Of a DNA stretch of 64,000 nucleotides, positions 37,366 through 47,215 are shown one piece after another; positions within the stretch are counted from its first letter, which is position 1, and every line of letters begins with the position of its first letter. The notes under the pieces are model-generated. The model made no database searches. It had not been told where the DNA came from and saw nothing but the letters and a program-made list of their open reading frames with translations. Location of the stretch: contig OX597841.1 of the NCBI GenBank assembly GCA_951406725.2, positions 17,546,001-17,610,000 of the forward strand. Reading direction: 5' to 3'. The position numbers and the translations under genes are program-made. This stretch comes from Octopus vulgaris (Eukaryota).

Positions 37366-37813
37366 AGAAAATTATAAATTTTATAGGTAAAATATTTTTC
37401 TGGGAACGATTTGGGGTTTATAACATTGCTACTATGGGAAATTATCGCTCAGCTTTACGAGTATTCGTTTTACGAGCGGTCTACAGTTAGCAGTACGCTT
37501 TACGCTACCTAAGGTTATCTCTACTGATATTCCATAGAAATTACAGCCTTAAAGTACCAGTTACGTACTGGGGTCGATATAATCAACTTAATCCGTTTTC
37601 CTTTCCTTGTTTGTCCTCTCTGTGTTTAGCCATAAGGGGCCAAACACAGAGAGGACAAACAAGGACAGACAAAGGGATTAAGTCGATTACATCCGAAAGG
37701 ATGAAAGGCAAAGTCGACCTCTGCGGAATTTGAACTCACAACGTAACGGCAGACGAAATACGGTTACGCATTTCGCCCGGCATGCTAACGGTTCTGCCAG
37801 CTCGCCGCCTTAA

Positions 37814-37992
37814 TACAATAAACTCGACCTAGCCACACACACACACACACAATCAACAACACACACGTTAATTAACACACATACACACACATATAGATAC
37901 ACCCACGTACATACACACTCACAAACCTATAAATATCGGTGTTTCGCCGTGGAATTCTTTTCGCTTGTATCTTGTCTGAGAAACGGGTAAGT
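37814..37992 (+). promoter_or_regulatory. Gene B core promoter and non-coding exon 1 (about 37955-37986)
   Basis: TACAATAAACTCGACCTAGCC(AC)nAATCAA...CTATAAATAT (TATA at 37928)...GAGAAACGG|GTAAGT (GT at 37987). Colinear with 26856-27031. Confidence 0.7.
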
Positions 37993-38025
37993 CACAATCT
38001 GACTGCTTTTAAACGCTCCACTTAA

Positions 38026-38613
38026 CCCCTTACCCGGCAGAAACGAATATATGCGTTTTGACCGAAATCGTTTTTTTTTTTCTATCTCTGGCGAGTTAAC
38101 TCGTCAAAAGATAGACTCGCCAAAATCGACAGCAAACTAGTTCCTTTGTCTATTATAAACTCTTTTTTGACATATACGAGTATATTCGCTCACTTTATAC
38201 GTCTGGCAGTGACGATTTCTGCCACCTTTCGCTTGAGTAGGGCATTGAAGACCGAGTATGATTTAATCACCTGGAGACAGTCGAAGGGTTGGAAGGCACA
38301 TTTTAGGAATAGAAGTTTTCACTTTGTTCTTACGTTGTTTTTTTTTATACCTTTATATTATAACCCCACCATGTCGATAACCAAATAAAATAACATGATT
38401 TTTTGTAAAAGTAATATGATTTTAGAAAAAAACGGGTTAACTCGTTTCTGCCCAAAATGGTAATTTAAAATCAATATTATTGAATTAAAATTCATAATAA
38501 AAAAGGTTTGAAATATACCCCGAAATCACCATTCAAAACATAGTAAAATAAAACAATTAAAAAATAGGTCTGAAAAAATACATTTATTTTCAAAATAATT
38601 GTTGGGTAAGGGG
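38026..38613. mobile_element. piggyBac-like MITE, 588 bp, in gene B intron 1
   Basis: TTAA|CCCCTTACCC ... GGGTAAGGGG|TTAA. Confidence 0.85.
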
Positions 38614-39460
38614 TTAAAGTAGGTCAAACTATGACAAAAAAATTTAGTAAATTTATAAAATCAAAACTACCTTATTTCCATCTGTACACCCTTGCAATTC
38701 ATTACGGGTACTAAAAAATGTCCTCAGCCTTATTCTAGAAACTACTGCATTGGGTTTTTAGCTGTGGCAGCAAGATCAGTCTTTCGTGGAGGTGAACTTG
38801 CAGTGACGGGAGTATTGTAATACGAATGGCAAATAGCGTATCTTGTTAGGGCAGACAACAAGAGGTAATTTAAATATTGGTCCTACTTTCAAGATTTAGT
38901 TCTTTTAAACCCACTAAAATTAAAGGATTTTATTATAAATTCAACGAAAAATACTTTTATAAACCTAGTTTTCCCTAAGCACACGTTCGTATGTATATAT
39001 ATATATATATATATTGGCCTTCGACCACCGCCGTGAGAACATCTCTTGTCTTCGTCTGCCGATAAAGGCATTTTCCCAAAATACGCCAGCTAAACTTGTT
39101 GTACTGTTATTAGTCGTAAGACACCCGCTGTTTTCGTCCTGTTTTTACCATTATTGTTTCTTGTATTTCATTTTTGTTTTTTGTATTTCATTATTGTTTT
39201 TTGTATTTTATATTCGTGTGGCATCGTCCGTTTTTCTGTCCCTATTTCGTATACATTCGATCCTTCTTCCAAGAAATCTAATGCTCGTAGCTTAGTTTTC
39301 CCGGGGGCTGGCCGGATCGGAGTGATCTCAAGATTAATCAGCCGAAATTGCTACGATGATCCGGTTATTGACTGAAGATTGAAGGCTTCGAATGTCCCGT
39401 CCGTTTTTTTTTGTATCGTCTTCTAAATGTTTTGCGTTCTTGTCCCAGTTTGTATTTTTC

Positions 39461-39514
<54 letters not shown>

Positions 39515-39566
39515 TTTATATATTTGTTGTGCAGGATTTTTTATGTGAAGTCGTGTGTTGAAACGG

Positions 39567-39721
39567 ATATTGTTATATTTCGGAATGGTCATTTTGCCAG
39601 TTTAGCCGAATTAATGTAAAAAATAAACAACACTGAAGCAAAATAACACCAAATATATAGTGCGTTGCGTGTTTTTATTGGCTAAACGGGCAAAATGACC
39701 ATTCCGAAATATAACAATATA
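39567..39721. repeat. Inverted repeat with ~42-bp arms
   Basis: ATATTGTTATATTTCGGAATGGTCATTTTGCC... and its reverse complement at 39679-39721. Confidence 0.85.
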
Positions 39722-39759
39722 TATATATCCTTAAATCCTTAAAAATGTTCCAGCTCGAA

Positions 39760-39889
39760 GGCTGCGGCCATGCTTATTCTATCGGTCTCTTTTGCCGAAC
39801 CGCTAAGTGACGAGGACGTAAACACATCAGCATCGGTTGTCAAGCGATGTTGGGGGGGGGGACATAGACACACAAACAAATACACACAC

Positions 39890-39937
<48 letters not shown>

Positions 39938-40505
39938 GACAGGCTTATTTCAGTCTCCGTCTACCAAATCCACTCACAAGGCTTTGGTCGGCCCGAGGCT
40001 ATAGTAGAAGACACTTGCCCAAGGTGCCACACAGTGGGACTGAACCCGGAACCATGTGGTTCGTAAGCAAGCTACTTACCACACAGCCACTCCTATGTAG
40101 AATAATAAATTATATTTTTACCGTATACAAAATATAAAAGAATTATTTTATACTCTTTTGCTTTTTCAGTCATTTGACTGCAGCCATGCTGGAGCACCAC
40201 CCTTATAGTTGAATAAATCGACCCCAGGATTTATTCTTCGTAAGCCTAGTATTTATTCTCTCGATGTCTTTTTGCCGAACCACTTCGTCATGGGGACGTA
40301 AACACACCAGCATCAGTTGTCAAGCGATATTAGGGCCATACACACACATATACGACGGGCTTCTTTCGGTTTCCGACCACCAAATCCATTCACAAGGCTT
40401 TGGTCATTCCGAGGCTACAGTAGAAGACACTTGTCCAAGGTGCCACGCAGTAGGACTGAATTCAGAACCTTGCGGTTGATAAGCAAGCTACTTACCACGC
40501 AGCCA
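39760..40505 (-). mobile_element. Two SINE B copies
   Basis: Homology to SINE B. Confidence 0.85.
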
Positions 40506-40658
40506 AATTCCTTATTATTTTATTATAAAAATACTATAGGATTTTTTTTAAACATTGAATCGCTATGACGGCCCAGTATAGTATTATAGGTATCACTGGG
40601 GCCTATATCCAAAATATAGTTGAGAACCCTAATTTTGAACCCCCAATTTATATATATA

Positions 40659-41378
40659 CTAGCAGTATCGCCCGGCGTTGCTCGGGTTTGTAAGGGAAAT
40701 AACTATATAAGCATTTTTAGAGAGTTATAGCCAAAAAATAGCAAAAAAATGCATTAAAAATGGAAAAAAAATGATACTCTTTACTCTTTTACTTGTTTCA
40801 GTCATTTGATTGCGGCCATGCTGGAGCACCGCCTTTAGTCGAGCAAATCGACCCCGGGACTTATTCTTTGTAAGCCCAGTACTTATTCTATCGGTCTCTT
40901 TTGCCGAACCGCTAAAATTTTTAAAAAAATCGTTGACTCATCGTAGACATTTTTAGAGAGTTACTTCCCTTATATAATAGCAAAAAAATGCATTAAAATG
41001 GAAAAAAATGATGGTAAATTTTTTTTTAAATCGTAGACTCATCGTAGACGCGCGCTAATACCCAGAAGGGCTCGATATGAATCACGACTATAAGATACCC
41101 GGTTTTGGTTACACTGCACCGCAAAATGTGGGAGTAGTTAGGAATCTAAATCGTAGGAGACAGACATACAACTTCACTTTTATATATAAAGATTTGCCAA
41201 AATATTTTCGTCGCTTTGGGACCGCGACCTGTTCACCGACAAAATTCCATAATGCAAATAAAATTTAAATGAAGTGAATCTAACAGTTTTTGTGTTTCTT
41301 AAATGGCTTATAAATATAATAATGAAATTATTGTATACAGTGCCCAGGTACACACAACTTGACTTTTATACATAAAGA
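40659..41378 (-). mobile_element. Compound Helitron with two 5' ends, captured DNA (41193-41361) and a nested SINE B fragment (40775-40915)
   Basis: CTAG at 40659; 5' TC ends at 41192 and 41378. The intervening segment matches 31858-32024. Confidence 0.85.
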
Positions 41379-41588
41379 TATATATTTATTTATTTCAGAT
41401 AACTGGAAAAGCCCCGCTCTTTTTACCTCAATATACTCAGCTTAATTTGGATAACCGTAAGAAAATCGACCAATCGTACAATTTAAGAGATTGTTGAAAG
41501 ACCGTCAAAGTTTTATACCCGCGTGCTACCGAAGTGAATCCTTATTTAAGATTCTTTAAACCAGTTGTGACGACCGTGATACCATACC

Positions 41589-42905
41589 ATGGAAATATTA
41601 TTGTCTTTTTTTGGATTCGGAAACTCAGAGACCAGCTTTTATGAGGAGAGCAAAGTTGAATATGAATACAGTTCTTGCGAAGAAAACTGGTGGTCCACAA
41701 GTGGAAGTTCGCGATCCAGCAGCCCAGAGCCCGAGAGTTCGAGATCCGGCAGTGTGTGGTCCAATATTCCGTGCGCCGGCAGATCCGACAGCTTGCTTTC
41801 CAATAGTTTGTGCTCCAGCAGATCTGATAGCAGTTTGTGGTCCGACGGTTCGTTGACTGATGGTTCGTCGACTGATGGTTCGTCGACTGATGGTTCGTCG
41901 ACTGATGGTTCGTCGACCGATGGTTCGTTGACTGATGGTTCGTCGACGGACGGTTCGTTGACAGACGGTTCGTTGACAGACGGTTCGTTGACAGACGGTT
42001 CGTTGACCGACGGTTCGTTGACAGACGGTTCGTTGACAGACGGTTCGTTGACAGACGGTTCGTTGACAGATGGTTCGTTGACAGACAGTTCATTGACAGA
42101 CGGTTCACATTTCGATCGTTCGCGGTCCAGCAGCTCGACCTGTGACCTTTTGAGCTCCAGCTGTTCACAGTCTAATAGTTTACAATCCAATAGTCCATTG
42201 TTCCGCTGTTCACAGTCCAGCAAGCAAAGTTTCAGCCAACCAAAGCCCTACAAGCAACTTACCAGCCCTCAACGGTCTGGCTGCCAGCAGCCCAGCCAGG
42301 AAAGGTCTGGCTGTCCGCAGCCCAGCCAGGAAAGGTCTGGCTGCCCGCAGCCCAGCAAAGAAAGGTCTGGCTGCCCACAGCCCAGCCAGGAAAGGTCTGG
42401 CTGCCAGCAGCCCAGCAAAGAAAGGTCTGGCTGCCCGCAGCCCAGCAAGCAATGGTCTGGCTGCCAGCAGCCCAGCCAGGAAAGGTCTGGCTGCCCGCAG
42501 CCCAGCCAGGAAAGGTCTGGCTGCCAGCAGCCCAGCAAGGAAAGGTTTGACTGCCCGCAGCCCAGCAAGCAAAGGTCTGGCTGCCCGCAGCCCAGCAAGG
42601 AAAGGTCTGTCTGCCCGCAGCCCAGCAAGCAAAGGTCTGGCTGCCCACAGCCCAGCAAAGAAAGGTCTGGATGCCCGCAGCCCAGCAAAGAAAGGTCTGG
42701 CTGCCCGCAGCCCAGCAAGCAAAGGTCTGGCAGCCCGCAGCCCAGCAAAGAAAGGTCTGGTTGCCCACAGCCCAGCAAGCAAAGGTTTGGGTGCCCTAAG
42801 TCTAGCAGGCAAAAGTCTAACTGCACGCAGTCCAGCAAGCAAAGGTCCGGCAGTCCACAGTCATGTTGCCCGCGTTCCAGAAAGCGAAGATACGGCTGTT
42901 CATAA
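41589..42905 (+). CDS. Gene B: 438-aa Ser/Cys/Pro/Gln-rich repeat protein, (DGS[L/S]T)x~18 and (RSGCPQPS[K/Q][E/Q])x~20
   Basis: First ATG after acceptor TTTATTTCAG| (41398), Kozak ACCATGG. Unique N-terminal, linker and C-terminal segments are all open in one frame. Repeat units are 15 and 30 bp with synonymous variation. Confidence 0.85.
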   Translation: MEILLSFFGFGNSETSFYEESKVEYEYSSCEENWWSTSGSSRSSSPEPESSRSGSVWSNIPCAGRSDSLLSNSLCSSRSDSSLWSDGSLTDGSSTDGSSTDGSSTDGSSTDGSLTDGSSTDGSLTDGSLTDGSLTDGSLTDGSLTDGSLTDGSLTDGSLTDGSLTDSSLTDGSHFDRSRSSSSTCDLLSSSCSQSNSLQSNSPLFRCSQSSKQSFSQPKPYKQLTSPQRSGCQQPSQERSGCPQPSQERSGCPQPSKERSGCPQPSQERSGCQQPSKERSGCPQPSKQWSGCQQPSQERSGCPQPSQERSGCQQPSKERFDCPQPSKQRSGCPQPSKERSVCPQPSKQRSGCPQPSKERSGCPQPSKERSGCPQPSKQRSGSPQPSKERSGCPQPSKQRFGCPKSSRQKSNCTQSSKQRSGSPQSCCPRSRKRRYGCS

Positions 42906-43373
42906 CTCATTCTGGAAATTCGATGAGCGTAAATCACCACTCGGACATCATGTTAAAATATATTTATTGCAATTGTTTTGGCTGCCTCAGGTAACGTCTG
43001 CATTGAAAAACAGCACAAAGAAGGGCATTCATGCATATCTACCGTATATACCGGCACAGTAACCTTTAAACCTAAACAAACAAAAAAAAAAATGTCATGC
43101 ATTCTAATGCGACCATATTATAGATGAGATACTGAGTGACTGAGAAGAAATATTCAATTTGTTCATTTTTTCCACAAAATATGAAGTAGGGGTGCATCTT
43201 AAGTGTGAATGCATCTTATACGTTGATGAACACGGTATGAAATTTACTTTTTTTCTTTTTTATTAAATTTTTTCGTATTTTCTTTTCTTTAGGATCTTTG
43301 CTTCTTGTGCGTGTGGGTGTATGAAGGATGTGAGTTGATGTGTGTGTGTATGTATGTGTGTATATTTCAGTGG

Positions 43374-43756
43374 TGGAGGTGCAATGGCCGAGTGGTTAGG
43401 GCAGCGGACTCGCGGTCATAGGATCGCGGTTTCGATTCCCAGACCGGGCGTTGTGAGTGTTTATTGAGCGAAAACACCTAAAAGCTCCACGAGGCCCCGG
43501 CAGGGGATGATGGTGATCCCTGCTGTACTCTTTCACCACAACTTTCTCTCACTCTTACTTCCTGTTTCTGTTGTACCTGTATTTCAAGGGGCCGGCCTTG
43601 TCCCTCTCTGTGTCACGCTGAATATCCCGAGAACTACGTTAAGGGTGCACGTGTCTGTGGAGTACTCGGCCACTTACACGTTAATTTCACGAGCAGGCTG
43701 TTCCGTTGATTCGGATCAACCGGAACCCTCATCGTCGTAACCGACGGAGTGCTTCC
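43374..43756 (+). mobile_element. SINE C (arm of an inverted duplication)
   Basis: Shares ~85 bp of unique flank with the minus copy at 44553-44936. Confidence 0.9.
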
Positions 43757-43839
43757 ATATATATATATGAAATTTAGTATGCATATATTCGCATCTGTTA
43801 GAGTTCATACACTTATGTGTATGCGTATCCGTTTATATA

Positions 43840-44392
43840 CAGGGTGGACCAAAATGATCTGACACATTTGGAGGCTTAATAAAAGCACAAAATAAGAAAT
43901 AATGAAAAGAAAACTTTTATTTTCTGAATGTACATATAATACCATTTTATTTCATTAAGTTTTAAAAATTCAATCAGCTAAATGCTTCCCGTCATTGTCA
44001 ACACACTGTTGGAGACGATCGTGAAAGTTATCAATAACTCTATGGATCATTTCTTCTGGAATGGTTAAATGTGATTTCTTCTTTTGGGGATATTTAAAAT
44101 CAAAAGTATTCGGTCATCGCCCTCGATCTATTGATGAATTAAAACGTGCAATCTGTGTAGAAATAGCAACCATTCCAGAAGAAATGATCCATAGAGTTAT
44201 CGATAACTTTCATGAACGTCTCCAACAGTGTGTTGACAATGATGGGAGGCATTTAGCTGATTGAATTTTTAAAACTTAATGAAATAAAATGGTATTATAT
44301 GTACATTCAGAAAATAAAATTTTTCTTTTCATTATTTCTTATTTTGTGCTTTTATTAAGCCTCCAAATGTGTCATCATTTTGGTCCTCCCTG
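43840..44392. mobile_element. Tc1/mariner (rosa/DD41D-like) fold-back derivative built from two 3' ends
   Basis: TA|CAGGGTGGACCAAAATGA ... CCCTG|TA, ~228-bp arms. Encodes CDFFFWGYLKSKV...IDELKRAI...NFHERLQQC...GRHL, a transposase C-terminus. Confidence 0.9.
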
Positions 44393-44457
<65 letters not shown>

Positions 44458-44552
44458 CTTTACTAAAAGTTCCTTGGCAGAGATTTGAAACTTCCACTCT
44501 TGTATTACATTACTACTTCTAAACACCTTTACCTACTGGGCCACTGAAATAT

Positions 44553-44936
44553 GGAAGCACTCCGTCGGTTACGACGACGAGGGTTCCGGTTGATCTGAAT
44601 CAACGGAACAGCCTGCTCGTGAAATTAACGTGTAAGTGGCTGAGCACTCCACAGACACGTGTACCCCTAACGTAGTTCTCGGGGATATTCAGCGTGACAC
44701 AGAGAGTGACAAGGCCGGCCCCTTGAAATACAGGTACAACAGAAACAGGAAGTAAGAGTGAGAGAAAGTTGTGGTGAAAGAGTACAGCAGGGATCACCAC
44801 CATCCCCTGCCGGAGCCTCGTGGAGCTTTTAGGTGTTTTCGCTCAATAAACACTCGCAACGCCCGGTCTGGGAATCGAAACCGCGATCCTATGTCCGCGA
44901 GTCCGCTGCCCTAACCACTGGGCCATTGCACCTCCA
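44553..44936 (-). mobile_element. SINE C with 12-bp TSD
   Basis: CCACTGAAATAT at 44541-44552 and 44937-44948. Confidence 0.9.
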
Positions 44937-45441
44937 CCACTGAAATATACATACACACACACACATACACATCAACACACATCCTTCATAGACCCACACG
45001 CACAAGAAGCAAAGATCTTAAAGATGTATTTTAAAGCTGTTTTTTTTAAATTTTTTTTTTCGTATCTTATTTTTTTCTCTCGTTGTTATATTTTAATAAA
45101 CTGTTTCAAACTGCAAATAAATAACCTATTTTACTTCAAAACTTTTAAAAAAATTATTTCGTCCCTCCCCCCATTTGCCTTTATACAAGGACAGACAATC
45201 GTGAAATATTAGCAAACGTTCGGAGTTACTTCCCTTATTTGCTATCTTTTTTTTATCTGCTGTTTTTGTATTGTTTTATTTTCGTTACATATTAAAGCAA
45301 TTTAATACTGATCTGCAGGTTTTTGTTGAATTTTTTTGTACAATAATCCAATGTGCTTTTGTTTAGGTTTTATCAATAAATCCATTTGTTTATTGGTTAT
45401 TTTCTGAAATAACCGAGATGTCAACGAAATTTCGCGGCACT

Positions 45442-45826
45442 GGATCTTTTCGGTTTGAACGGCAGTTTTTAACATAATTTCTAGGTAACTAAAAACTTTT
45501 AAACTTCGTATACTGGTAGAATGTGTTACATAAAACATCTTTTCCTCTTGGCTTTATTGAGAAAATTCTGTAGTTTATAAGATATTTCGTCTTTAATTTC
45601 TTGTATTTCGGCAATTTTAACCAATCACTCACGTCTATTGAGGTAAAAAAACATTCTGTGCCGTATGAATATGTCCCTTGTTTAAGAAACAGATTGGGGA
45701 TCTTTTCTGTTTGAACGGCAGTTTTTAACATAATTTCTAGGTAACTAAAAACTTTTAAACTTCGTATACTGGTAGAATGTGTTACATAAAACATCTTTTC
45801 CTCTTGGCTTTATTGAGAAAATTCTG
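45442..45826 (+). mobile_element. Two tandem left-arm fragments of the 18972-19706 fold-back family
   Basis: GGATCTTTTCGGTTTGAACGGCAG...AAACTTCGTATACTGGTAGAATGTG repeated at a 256-bp spacing. Confidence 0.8.
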
Positions 45827-46144
45827 TGGTTGGTTAGCAAGCTACTTACCACACAGCCACTCCTGCGCCTGCTGCAATGTTTAAGTCCACTTTTAGTCAC
45901 ATGGGGGGGGGGGGTGAGGGTTGGAGTCCTTCCACAACACATATCTTTACATTGCAGTTTCAGATCCTACCAAAGTCAACTCGACTTACCATCCTCCTGG
46001 GGTCGATGAAATTAAAATTACCAGTTCTCGCGTGCAGAGGTTTGCCTCAGGGAGAGACATTCTACCACGGTTTGCCAGCTCAACAGTTCTCATCCAACCC
46101 ATGCCAGTATGGATAACAGCAGGTGTATAACAGAAATGAAATGA

Positions 46145-46925
46145 CGGCGAGCTGGCAGAATCGTTAGCACGCCGGGCGAAATGCGTAGCCGTATTTTGTC
46201 TGTCGTTACGTTCTGAGTTCAAATTCCGCCGAGGTCGACTTTGCCTTTCATCCTTTCGGGGTCGATAAATAAAGTACCAGTTTCCAACTGGGGTCGATGT
46301 AATCGACTTAATCCCTTTGCCTGTCCTTGTTTGTCCCCTCTATGTTTAGCCCCTTGTGGGTAGTAAAGAAATAGGTATTTCGTCTGTCGCTGTTACGTTC
46401 TGAGTTCAAATTCCGCCGAGGTCGACTTTGCCTTTCATCCTTTCGGGGTCGATAAATAAAGTACTAGTTTCCAACTGGGGTCGATGTAATCGACTTAATC
46501 CCTTTGTCTGTCCTTGTTTGTCCCCTCTATGTTTAGCCCCTTGTGGGTAGTAAAGAAATAGGTATTTCGTCTGTCGCTGTTACGTTCTGAGTTCAAATTC
46601 CACCGAGGTCGACTTTGCCTTTCATCCTTTCGGGGTCGATAAATAAAGTACTAGTTTCCAACTGGGGTCGATGTAATCGACTTAATCCCTTTGTCTGTCC
46701 TTGTTTGTCCCCTCTATGTTTAGCCCCTTGTGGGTAGTAAAGAAATAGGTATTTCGTCTGTCGCTGTTACGTTCTGAGTTCAAATTCCACCGAGGTCGAC
46801 TTTGCCTTTCATCCTTTCGGGGTCGATAAATAAAGTACCAGTTTCCAACTGGTGTCGATGTAATCGACTTAATCCCTTTGTCTGTCCTTGTTTGTTCCCT
46901 CTATGTTTAGCCCCTTGTGGGCAGT
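46145..46925 (+). mobile_element. SINE A, head plus 4 units
   Basis: Four ~186-bp tandem units. Confidence 0.9.
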
Positions 46926-47115
46926 AGGAAGAAAAAAGAAATAAAATGACTACATATATATTTTATAATACATATTTTTATTTCATATATAATTATATAT
47001 TTTCACAGCAGTATAATTAAAAAATAATTAGTTTATTGAATAAAATGAAACAGAAAATGATGTTCCACAAATCAGTCGATGTATATGTGTATGTGTTGGG
47101 GACATATATAGTGTG

Positions 47116-47149
<34 letters not shown>

Positions 47150-47156
<7 letters not shown>

Positions 47157-47182
47157 TTAACAAGTTTATATAGATGTGTGTG

Positions 47183-47215
<33 letters not shown>

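Noticed and set aside
41542-43062. Antisense and alternate-frame ORFs over gene B
   Set aside because: Shadows of the 15- and 30-bp repeats. Only 41589-42905 spans all unique segments with a Kozak ATG and upstream acceptor.
44061-44264. Functional transposase
   Set aside because: Only the C-terminal ~65 aa are present, within a non-autonomous fold-back.
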